Origin: Candidatus Eiseniibacteriota bacterium
Lineage (GTDB): Bacteria; Eisenbacteria; RBG-16-71-46; CAVPCR01
DNA: 64,000 nucleotides
Assembly: GCA_963702435.1 (NCBI GenBank)
Contig: CAVPCR010000004.1
Span: 192,001-256,000 of the forward strand
Direction: 5' to 3'
Shown here in pieces: positions 40,361 to 49,210 of this stretch; within the stretch, counting starts at the first letter, position 1; every line of letters starts with the position of its first letter. Position numbers and translations under genes: made by a program. The notes under the pieces were generated by a model, which had not been told where the DNA came from, did not search any database, and was given only the letters and a program-made list of their open reading frames with translations.

Positions 40361-41158
40361 ATGAGCGGCGGGAACGGGGCACCGGTGATCGAGGTGAAGG
40401 ACCTCGTGAGCGGTTACGGGGACCGCCTCGTGCTGCACGGGGTCTCGCTCGCGGTCGCGCCCGCCGAGATCCACGTCGTCCTCGGGCCCTCGGGCTGCGG
40501 GAAGTCGACCCTGCTCAAGCACCTGGTCGGGCTGCTCGAGCCGACGAGCGGTTCGATCCGCCTCTTCGGCGACGAGATCGTCGGTCTCCAGGAGGACGAG
40601 CTCGCCCCGTTCCTCACCCGGATCGGCATGCTGTTCCAGGGCGGGGCGCTCATCCAGTCGCTGACCGTCCTCGAGAACGCGACGCTGCCGCTCCGCGAGC
40701 ACACCGCGCTCACCCCCGCCGAGATCGAGCGGGTGGCGCGGATGAAGCTCGCGACGGTCGGCCTCGCCGCCTATCACAATCTCCTGCCCGCCGAGCTGTC
40801 GGGGGGCATGCGGAAACGCGCGGCGCTGGCGCGTGCCCTGGCCCTCGATCCGGAGATCGTACTCTACGATGAGCCCAATGCCGGACTCGACCCGGTGACC
40901 GCCGCCGGCATCGATCAGCTCATACTCGATGTGCGCGACGCGCTGGGCATCACCATGGTCGTCGTCTCGCACGAGCTCATCTCGATCCGGCGGATCGCGG
41001 ATCGCATCACCATGCTGCAGGATGGTGTCGTGGTGGCCGCGGGCACCACGGCGGAGCTCGAACGGTCGCGAGATCCGCGCATCGCGAGCTTCTTCCAGGG
41101 TACATTGCCCCAGGATCCGGGTCGGGACCGCCGGCTCCGGGAGCTGTTCCTGGATTGA
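40361..41158 (+). CDS. mlaF: MlaF family ABC ATPase
   Basis: GPSGCGKST, LSGGMRKR, YDEP. Confidence 0.92.
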   Translation: MSGGNGAPVIEVKDLVSGYGDRLVLHGVSLAVAPAEIHVVLGPSGCGKSTLLKHLVGLLEPTSGSIRLFGDEIVGLQEDELAPFLTRIGMLFQGGALIQSLTVLENATLPLREHTALTPAEIERVARMKLATVGLAAYHNLLPAELSGGMRKRAALARALALDPEIVLYDEPNAGLDPVTAAGIDQLILDVRDALGITMVVVSHELISIRRIADRITMLQDGVVVAAGTTAELERSRDPRIASFFQGTLPQDPGRDRRLRELFLD

Positions 41159-41185
41159 CGACGGCGGAGCGGAAAAGGACCTGAT

Positions 41186-42136
41186 ATGGCGCGTAGCCAG
41201 AACTGGAAAGTCGGCCTGTTCGTTCTCTCGGCGACGGTGCTCCTCGTGCTCACCATCCTGCTCATGATCGGGGTCGAGGTGAGCCGGCCGCGTGACCGCT
41301 ACAGGATCCGCTTCGACGAGTCGGTGAGCGGGCTCGAGGCGGGGAGCGCCGTGCGCTACCGCGGGGTGATGGTCGGGAATGTGGACAAGATCCTCATCCC
41401 CAAGGACGACATCACCAAGGTCGAGGTCCGGATCTCGGTCGAGAAGGACATGCCGATCAAGACCGACACCAGGGCGATGCTGAGCCGGGTGGGGATCACC
41501 GGGCTCCAGTTCATCGAGCTCATGGCCGGCACGGAGAAGACACCGCGCCTGCCGCCGGGGAGCTTCATCCCGTCGCAGCTCTCGGTCTTCGGCTCGCTCA
41601 CCGGGACCGCGCAGGGCGCCGCCGAGAAGCTCGATCTCCTTCTCGCCAACCTCCTCTACATCACCGATCGCGAGAAGGTGGACAAGCTGATCGGGGAGGT
41701 CACCACCATAATGCAGTCGGTGAAGGAGTCGACCGGGCAGGCGCAGGAGGTGCTGGCGGCGGCCACCCGGGCCTCCAATCGTGCCGACACGCTGGCCGGC
41801 AACCTGAACGGGCTCCTCGTCCGCAACGAGGAGCACCTCGACTCGCTGCTCGTGAATCTCGATACGACGACCGCGGCGCTCAACCGCACCTTCGCCGAGA
41901 TCGAGCGCACGCAACTCGTGGCCAACGCCGGGGCGACGAGCGCCGCAGTGCGCGACGTCGCCGAGGATCTCCGCGAGATCCTCGGTATCCACCGGCGGAC
42001 CATCGCGGAGACGCTCGTCAATCTGCGCGAGACCTCGGCCAACCTGAACGAGTTCTCGCGCACGGTCAGGAATCAGCCGTCGTTGCTCCTCCGGAGCTCG
42101 CCGGCCGAGACGCCCGCAATCCCGGGGGTGAAGTGA
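41186..42136 (+). CDS. mlaD: MlaD/MCE family protein
   Basis: N-terminal TM, SVSGLEAGSAVRYRGVMVGNV, helical C-terminus. Confidence 0.88.
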   Translation: MARSQNWKVGLFVLSATVLLVLTILLMIGVEVSRPRDRYRIRFDESVSGLEAGSAVRYRGVMVGNVDKILIPKDDITKVEVRISVEKDMPIKTDTRAMLSRVGITGLQFIELMAGTEKTPRLPPGSFIPSQLSVFGSLTGTAQGAAEKLDLLLANLLYITDREKVDKLIGEVTTIMQSVKESTGQAQEVLAAATRASNRADTLAGNLNGLLVRNEEHLDSLLVNLDTTTAALNRTFAEIERTQLVANAGATSAAVRDVAEDLREILGIHRRTIAETLVNLRETSANLNEFSRTVRNQPSLLLRSSPAETPAIPGVK

Positions 42137-42807
42137 TGCGACGTGTGCGTGATCTCTCGGCGGTCCTGCTCGGGATCGGTCTCGGTCTCGGGCTCGCGAC
42201 GGCGCTCGGGCTCGGCGGTTGCGGCGGCTCGGTGCCGGCGGCGCGCTTCTACGTCCTCGACTACGAGGCGGCGCCGGCGGGGGACGCGGCGGCGGCCGGC
42301 GGCGCGGTGGCCGCGGCGAAACCGGCCGGCATCCGGGCGCCGCTCGTCCTCGGGATCGATGCGTTCACGACGTCGCCGCTCTACACCGATCGCCGCATCG
42401 CCTACCGCGCCTCGGCCCACGAGGTCGTCTACTACCCGAACCACTACTGGGCGGCGGCCCCCGGGGATCTCGTCGCCGATGCGATCGCGCAGCAGATCCG
42501 CCGCTCCGGCGCCGTCGAGACGGTCGCCGTTGCGCCCTTCGCGCGGACGCCCGACTGGCTCCTCTCCGGCGACCTCGTCACCTTCGAGGAGGTCGAGCGG
42601 GATGGGCGCGGGATCGCGCGCATCGTCCTCGTCGCGCGGATCGAAACTGTGGCCAGCGACAGCCTCCTCCGGGAGGAGGAGATCCGCGCCGAGCGGCCGG
42701 TGGCGAAGCGGAATCCGGAGGACGTGGCGGCGGCGATGAGCGCTGCGGTCGAGGAAGTCGGGGCGCGCGTGATCGCCCTCATCGGGGCGGAGGCGGCGAA
42801 GCGCTGA
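42133..42807 (+). CDS. PqiC-like ABC auxiliary lipoprotein
   Basis: Lipobox LGGC, RFYVL, IAYR...HYWAAAP; last gene of the Mce operon. Confidence 0.8.
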   Translation: MMRRVRDLSAVLLGIGLGLGLATALGLGGCGGSVPAARFYVLDYEAAPAGDAAAAGGAVAAAKPAGIRAPLVLGIDAFTTSPLYTDRRIAYRASAHEVVYYPNHYWAAAPGDLVADAIAQQIRRSGAVETVAVAPFARTPDWLLSGDLVTFEEVERDGRGIARIVLVARIETVASDSLLREEEIRAERPVAKRNPEDVAAAMSAAVEEVGARVIALIGAEAAKR

Positions 42808-43955
42808 GCGCGGGCGCGGCGGCCGTTCTGCGGGCCGCTTCGCTCCCGGACCGCGCAGCCATCCTTGCCTCGAGCGCGAGGAGCCACGCCTTCCGCTCGA
42901 GCCCGCCGCCGTAGCCGCGGAGGCTCCCGTCGGCGCCGATCACGCGATGGCACGGCACGATGATGGCGAGCGGATTCTGGCCGTTGGCGCGGGCCACCGC
43001 GCGATGCTTGCCCGGCTCTCCGATCGCGCGCGCGATCTCGTCGTAGCTCGCGGTCGTCCCGCAGGGGATCGCCGCGAGCGCCGCCCACACGCGCCGCTGG
43101 AACGGCGTGCCGCCGGCATCGAGCGCCAGCGTGAAGCGCGTGAGCCCGCCCGCGAAGTAGGCGGCGAGCTCCTCGGCGACGGCCGCCGGCACGCGCCCGC
43201 GTCGCGACCCCGTCCCACGCCGGGAAGCGGCGCGCGAGGAAGCGGCGGTTCCGCTCCGCGGTGAAGCGATCCGCGAACTCGAGGAGGGCGAGCCCGGCGG
43301 GGCTCGCCGCGGCGACCAGCGGGCCGATCGGGGTCGCGATCGTGTCGATGGCGATCGTGGCGGCGGTCATGACGATTCTCCCTGCGGGGCCGCGCCGGAG
43401 CGCGAGCGGCGCCATGCCGTAGCGGCGGCGAAACGCCGCCTGGAAGGCCGAGAGGCTCCCGAACCCGGAATCGAAGGCGATCTCGAGCACGGTCGCGCGC
43501 GTGGTGGTGAGCGCCCTGATCGCGCGCGCGAGCGCGAGCGAGGTCAAGAACTCCTTCGGCGTCGCGCCGGCCGCCTCCTTGACGATCCGCCGGAGCTGGC
43601 GTGCCGAGAGGCCGAGCTCCGCGGCGAGCGCGGTCACGCCGAGCCCCTCACCGCGCGTCGCCTCGTACCACCGGCGCGCGCGGGCCAGCACCTCACGACC
43701 GCGATCGCGCGCCGGGCTCTCGGGGACGCAGCGCTTGCAGGGGCGGAAGCCGGCGTGTCGCGCCTCCACCGGTGTCGAGAAGAAGACCACGTTCTCCGGC
43801 CGCGGCTTCCGCGCGCGACAGGAGGGGCGGCAGAAGATCCGGGTCGTGACCACGCCGGTGAGGAAGCGGCCATCGGCCTCGTGCGCCGATGCCATCATGA
43901 GCGCGAGCTTCTGGGCCCGGCTGAGGGCGGTGGCGTTGGTCATTTGCGTCTCCAT
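42779..43955 (-). pseudogene. ada: Ada-type bifunctional regulator/O6-methylguanine methyltransferase, one frameshift near 43195
   Basis: FCRPSC...CKRC Zn site, AraC HTH (SGFGSLSAF), then GTPFQRRVW and PCHRV in another frame. Confidence 0.8.
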
Positions 43956-44472
43956 CGCCGCCTATCGTAGGTAAGGCTGGCCAGCGCCGTCCAACGGGAA
44001 TCGGCCATGGAATTCGCCGGGGCGAGGACGGCTTGGCTCCCGGCGGCGCGTGGTGGAAGCGACCTGCCTCAGCCGTGGTGGCATTGGGTCGAGAGCACCG
44101 CATCGAGATCGAAGGTCTGTCCGAGAACCTTCATGCCTGTTTCCTGGTCCGCCGAAGGAGGCGCCATGTTGACCGTCGGAAACACCTCCCCGCCGGGCGG
44201 TGCCGGGGTGCCCTCGCTTGGGTTGTCGCGAGCAATCCCCGTGCTGGCTTCCGTGATTGGGTGACCGGTCGGTGTGCCGGGCCTTGGGCCCAAGACGGCC
44301 TGCGGGCCCGTTGGTGCGCCGAGTCTGGTCCGGGTTGCGGATGCCAAGTCGTTTCTTGACAGCCTATTGCATGGCGTGGACAGGAAGCGTCGGCCGGCCT
44401 GACTGAAGCACGGCGGTCGCGGCCGGCGACCGGCGACAGCAGTCGCCACATGATGCTCATCAAACATTATGC

Positions 44473-44501
44473 TTGACATGCATGGAACGCGGAGACATCC
44501 T
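44473..44501 (+). promoter_or_regulatory. sigma70-like promoter, probably giving a leaderless mRNA
   Basis: TTGACA-N17-CATCCT, 7 nt before GTG at 44509. Confidence 0.5.
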
Positions 44502-44508
44502 GCCGGGC

Positions 44509-45780
44509 GTGAAACTCGAGTTCGTGAATCGAGAGAGAGAGCTGCGTGAGCTGGACGCAGCGGCGAAGCGCGGTGGGTTGCTGGTGGTCTATGGTCGTCG
44601 GCGCGTGGGCAAGACGCGGCTCCTCCGGCAGTGGCTGCAGGCGCGCGACGGCCTCTACACCCAGGCCATCGAGGCGCAGCGGGACCAACAAATCCAGCAG
44701 GTTTTCCTCGACCTCCGGGCCCGTCTCGATACGCAGATCATCCCCAAGAGCTGGACCGAGTTGCTGGAAATCCTCGCGCTGCAGAAACGCCGCTGGGCGC
44801 TGTGCCTGGACGAGTTTCCCTACCTCACGGCGGCGGACCCATCGCTGCCAAGCCAGCTTCAGAAATGGCTGGACCATTCGCTCGAGCCCGGCCGGCTCCT
44901 GGTTCTTGCGGGGTCGAGCACGCGCATGATGAACGACCTGTTTCTCCACCGTGGCGCACCGCTCTTCGGACGTGCCGGCAAGCTCTTGCACGTGCAGCCG
45001 ATGGACTACGCTGCGTTCTGCCTGGCTTGCGGGCAAGATACGGGGGAACTCGAATCGTTCGAGAAGTTCGCCTGCGTCGGTGGCATTCCCAAGTACTGGG
45101 AGTTCCTCGAAACCGGACAGGATGTCGTGCGGCTCGCGGAGTCGCTCTACTTTGACTTTGCCCCCTACATGGAGCAGGAGCCGCAACGGATTCTGCGCGA
45201 CGAAGGCATTGCGGGGCTGAACGCGGTGGCGGTGCTGGAGGCAGTCGGCCGCGGCGCGGAACGGCCCTCGGAGATCGCGAGCCGGCTGGGCACCGCGCAG
45301 ACCAACCTGTCGCGGCCACTGCAGCAGCTCTTGGACACCTCCATCCTGACCCGTGATCTGCCGTTCGGCGAGAGCATACGTTCTACGAGGAAGGTCCTCT
45401 ACCGTATTCAGGACCCCACCCTTCGCTTCTGGTTCCGCGTCTTCTCGCCGCACCAGAGTCTCTGGCGGACCTACTCGACGGCGCAAAGGCGTAAGCTGAT
45501 CCGCGACCACGCCGCCACGGTGTTCGAGGACCTCTGCAGGGCTCACGTCCCGGGGGCGCAGCGTTATTGGGAGAGCGACATCGAGCTCGACCTGGTTGCT
45601 CGCGACCCGGAGGACGCCACGCGATTGCTCGTGGCGGAGGTCAAGTGGCGGCACCTGCGCGCCGAGGAGCGAAGGAGCCTGCTCCGCCAGCTCGAGAGCA
45701 AGTGGTCCCGCTGCTCCCTTCGCGCGCGCCATCCCAGGGTCCGGTTCGCAGTGCTCGACGCGGGTATCCTGGCCCGCTGA
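44509..45780 (+). CDS. AAA ATPase (archaeal-type) with wHTH and C-terminal PD-(D/E)xK-like (DUF234-like) domain
   Basis: FVNREREL, GRRRVGKT, LDEFPYL, GGIPKY, ELDLV...AEVKW. Confidence 0.85.
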   Translation: MKLEFVNRERELRELDAAAKRGGLLVVYGRRRVGKTRLLRQWLQARDGLYTQAIEAQRDQQIQQVFLDLRARLDTQIIPKSWTELLEILALQKRRWALCLDEFPYLTAADPSLPSQLQKWLDHSLEPGRLLVLAGSSTRMMNDLFLHRGAPLFGRAGKLLHVQPMDYAAFCLACGQDTGELESFEKFACVGGIPKYWEFLETGQDVVRLAESLYFDFAPYMEQEPQRILRDEGIAGLNAVAVLEAVGRGAERPSEIASRLGTAQTNLSRPLQQLLDTSILTRDLPFGESIRSTRKVLYRIQDPTLRFWFRVFSPHQSLWRTYSTAQRRKLIRDHAATVFEDLCRAHVPGAQRYWESDIELDLVARDPEDATRLLVAEVKWRHLRAEERRSLLRQLESKWSRCSLRARHPRVRFAVLDAGILAR

Positions 45781-45981
45781 AAGGGGCACTACCGCCTCTG
45801 GTGCTCGAGGGGCCGCGGCTCGACCCGAAGCTCGCGGCCGATGGCTTGATTCTCTCGATGGTGGCACGTCCCCGTTCCCGCAGCTCGTTGCCGGCTTCCA
45901 CAAAGTCCCGCCGTCCCGCGAAGAGTGCCGAATGGCCACCGTGCGCGTCGCCGACACGGGCGCCTTGTTGCCGCCGGTTAC

Positions 45982-46028
45982 CCTCGTTGCCGCGAGGAAT
46001 CCCTGTTGATTCCTCGTCGCAAACGAGG
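45982..46028. other. Imperfect 47-bp palindrome, candidate serine-integrase att site
   Basis: cctcgttgccgcgaggaatc-cctgtt-gattcctcgtcgcaaacgagg, right at the 3' end of the recombinase gene. Confidence 0.55.
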
Positions 46029-46029
46029 A

Positions 46030-47615
46030 GGGTCCGGTGTCGGCGGCGGGCGGCGCCGAAGCGGTAGTTCACGGTGACGACGAGTTCGCGCTTCCCGTCC
46101 TCGATGACCGTGTCCGCCGTAATCCCTTCTACGAGCGTCTCTACCAGCTCCCTGCGGAGCGCGAAGGTCAGGGGCGCGTCGAGCCGCGCGTTCAGGCTCG
46201 CGAGCAGCGCCTCGGCCGATTCGAGGTGGGACGACAGCCTCCTCGATCGCCTGGAGAGCTACACGGGCTTGATTGCGCGCCGCGACGAGTCCGTCCCGCT
46301 CGGCCTCGACTTCGGTCAGTTGCTGGTCGAGGGTGGCGTCGTCGATCCGCCCCCGGCGGTAGAGGGTGACGACGTTCAGCCGCTCCTTCTCCTTCTTCGC
46401 GAGGGCACGCTCGGCGGTCTGGAGTTCCTTCGGATGGCCTGGGCCTCGCCGGTGGTGTCCGCGAGGCTGGCGGCGACCTCCTGCAGCACGGGGCCGGGGT
46501 TGCGAATGAAGCCGGCGATGTCCTGCCAGACCACCTCTTCGAGATCGCCGGGAACCGGGCGGCTGGGGCACTTGCCGCCCTCCTTCCCGAACGCGCCCTT
46601 GGCGCCGTGCTTCCCGCTGCAGAGGTAGTAGGGTTTGTTCCCGTAATGGTTGCTGCCAAGAGCGTCAAGTGGCACAACGAGCACTTCATCAGGCCCCTGA
46701 GCAGGTAGTCCCTCTTGCCGTTCCGGGGGCTCCAGATCGTGTTCTTCCGGAGCGTCTCTTGAGCGCGCGCCCAAGTCTCGGCGTCGACGATGGCCGGGAC
46801 TTCGCGCTCGATGAGTTCGCGTTTCTTCTTCGCGTGCTTGCCGTAGACGTGGATGCCCTTGTACGTCGGGTTCACGAGAACGTGGCGGACGCGGCCGGGA
46901 CGCCAGACGCCGGCGGTGTTCCGCTTTCGCCTCCCTGTGGCATGGCCCGGGATCAGATAGGCGGTCGGGATGCACAGGTTGTTCAGGTGCGTCGCGATCG
47001 CTGCGCAGGACTTCCCCTCGTCGGCCGAAAGCCGGAAGATGAGTTTCACGACATCAGCTTCGCAGAGGGTGAGGCCGAGGAGTGGCGTGTCGGCGACGAC
47101 AAGACGTGCGTGACGCTTTTCACCCACCCGAACGAACCCATAAGGAACAACCCCTGACCACATGCCCCCACGCACCGCGCGGTCGGTGCCCGCCGACATG
47201 CGCTGAAGTATGTTCGCGCGTTCGAGCCCGGCGACTCCGCCCAAGATCGTGAGCATGAACCGACCGGACGGCGTGTTCGAATCAAACGCCTCGGTCATGC
47301 ACTTGATCTGGACTCCGAGCGACTCGAGTTCGTTCACGCGTCAAGGATCAGGCGAGCATCGCGGCCGAGACGATCGAGCTTGTAGATGAGGACCGTGTCG
47401 AACGCATGCTCCTTCGCGTCATCAAGGAGCCGCCGCCCCTCAGGCCGCTCGCCGAGAGGGATCGTGCCCGAGCAGCCGTCGTCGGCGAAGTAGTTGGCGA
47501 CCGGGATCTCGTGCAACTCGCAGTACTTCTTGGCGAAGTCGCGCTGGATCTCGATCGTCTGGCGCTCGCGTTGCTCTTCGCTCGAGCTGACGCGCATGTA
47601 GATCGCGGATTTCAT
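46030..47615 (-). pseudogene. Large serine recombinase (integrase), split by about four frameshifts; 3' end approximate
   Basis: AIYMRVSS catalytic motif, DDGCSG, YKLDRLGR, VPYGF, LVNPTYKG, YLLRGLMKCSLC Zn ribbon, coiled coil; pieces in ORFs 47334, 46192, 46376, 45978. Confidence 0.85.
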
Positions 47616-48595
47616 TCCTTGCTTTTCCTCTTTCTCGGAATACCGAGCGGTTTCACCGGTGGATGCACGATTGCCATCCAGGCACGTTCGAAGTCTCGGC
47701 TCATGTTGCTTGGCGTGTAACGCCATAGCTGCTGGCCGTGCTTCTCATCCCACAACTCAGCCGCCTCAGTCCAGGGGAAGTCAAGTCCTTGTTCTTCCAT
47801 TTCGGCCCAGCTCTTGCCAATCCTCTGCTCGCGGAAGGCCTCAATGAACTCAACAAGAACCAATGCTCTTCCTCGCATTGACCTCACCTCATGGCCGTAC
47901 GCATCACGCTGTAGATGCTGAATCGCTCTCTTCACGCTGTCGGCTGTGACCCAGGGCTCGACTCGGAGGTCAAACACAAAGCGGGTGTGATCTCCCCTCC
48001 ATCCACCCGGGTGACGCACACCGATGGCGAAGACGGGAGGAGGGTTTCCTGTCATGACGAAGAGGGTCGCAGCAGACTCCGACCAAAGGTAGTGCTGCGA
48101 CAGGTCGGAGGCGACAGATTGGATCTGTCCGAGCACCGAGTGTGGCGCGACGCGCAGCTCCCCGCGTGGCAGGACGAGCCTCGGGTTGTGCCCGTGACCA
48201 TCGGCCCCGATGAATGCCGCTCTTGGAACGTCCAGTGATCCTCCACGCCAGGTGAAGCGGATCATTGTTGACAGCGTCATGTCGAGCGGCTTCGGCCCGA
48301 GATGCGGATCGTAGTAAAGCGATTGATGGGCGAGCAGCGGGATCCCGTGCTTCTCGAACCAGTCAATATCGAAGAATCGTGGACCGACCTGTAGAAGGAG
48401 GGCCTGAGCTTCATCCAACGTGAGGACACGCCCCCCGAACAGCCTCTCTCGAAGACCGATCAGCGCCAAATCGCGGCACGCGAGCGAAGCGTAGAGGCGG
48501 CTTTGGATCTGCGCTCGACGCTGCTCCAGGGGTGTCAGGACGATGTCCAGCTCGGTGCGGGTCTTCACCCCCCGAGGTCTACCAGGTCCCGCCAC
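47612..48595 (-). CDS. Hypothetical protein translationally coupled to the integrase (possible regulator)
   Basis: RBS AAGGAGG before GTG 48595; ATGA overlap with the integrase start; divergent from xis. Confidence 0.6.
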   Translation of the reverse strand: MAGPGRPRGVKTRTELDIVLTPLEQRRAQIQSRLYASLACRDLALIGLRERLFGGRVLTLDEAQALLLQVGPRFFDIDWFEKHGIPLLAHQSLYYDPHLGPKPLDMTLSTMIRFTWRGGSLDVPRAAFIGADGHGHNPRLVLPRGELRVAPHSVLGQIQSVASDLSQHYLWSESAATLFVMTGNPPPVFAIGVRHPGGWRGDHTRFVFDLRVEPWVTADSVKRAIQHLQRDAYGHEVRSMRGRALVLVEFIEAFREQRIGKSWAEMEEQGLDFPWTEAAELWDEKHGQQLWRYTPSNMSRDFERAWMAIVHPPVKPLGIPRKRKSKE

Positions 48596-48793
48596 GATTC
48601 CCTCCTTATGGCTAAGCGACCTTGGAAGCAAGGCTGCTTCACTCTACATTGCTCCACGCGACAGCAACAGTGCGATTAAGAAAGTTCTTAGTTGCACGTC
48701 GCTGGCCGGTGGAATCAGCTTGGAATATTCATGTCTGCACGTGATTGAGCCACATCGTGCGTGATACACCTCTTCGGAACGGAGGTGAATCAC

Positions 48794-49003
48794 ATGGATG
48801 ACGTTCGAGAACTGCTCAGAGTCGCTGACGTAGCTCCTGTGGTCGGCGTCTCGAAGTCGCGGATTTATCAAATGGTCTCTGCTGGCCAAATTCCCGCGGT
48901 GCGAGTGGCTGGTTCGATCCGCATTCCAAGAACCGCTCTTATGGCATGGCTATCCGAAGCGCGCGATTCCGCTCTGGCGGCGCTCCGTCGCAACGAGAGC
49001 TAG
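48794..49003 (+). CDS. Excisionase-like HTH protein
   Basis: LLRVADVAPVVGVSKSRIYQMVSAGQIPAVRVAGSIRIP; RBS GGAGGT. Confidence 0.85.
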   Translation: MDDVRELLRVADVAPVVGVSKSRIYQMVSAGQIPAVRVAGSIRIPRTALMAWLSEARDSALAALRRNES

Positions 49004-49009
49004 TGAGCC

Positions 49010-49210
49010 GTGCGAATCGAGCGTCGATACGCAAGCGATCTGCGGCGTGGGGTAGACGCTCTGCGACGAATTCTGCGCGAACCGATGGTAGATCGCGCGG
49101 GTGAGTCCATGTTCATTGCGGCCGTTGAGTCGTGGAAGCGCGAGACGAAAGTCCCAGCGCCTCCGATCGGTGAAGGCGGAGATGAAGAGCAAGACGCGGT
49201 TGCCGTATGA
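49010..49210 (+). CDS. Small hypothetical protein
   Basis: 66-aa ORF between xis and the primase gene. Confidence 0.4.
   Translation: MRIERRYASDLRRGVDALRRILREPMVDRAGESMFIAAVESWKRETKVPAPPIGEGGDEEQDAVAV

Noticed and set aside
44069..44479. Minus-strand ORF with TVNMAP...FDL, faintly like the ComM N-terminus
   Set aside because: Similarity is too weak and the orientation is opposite to the AARNPC fragment.
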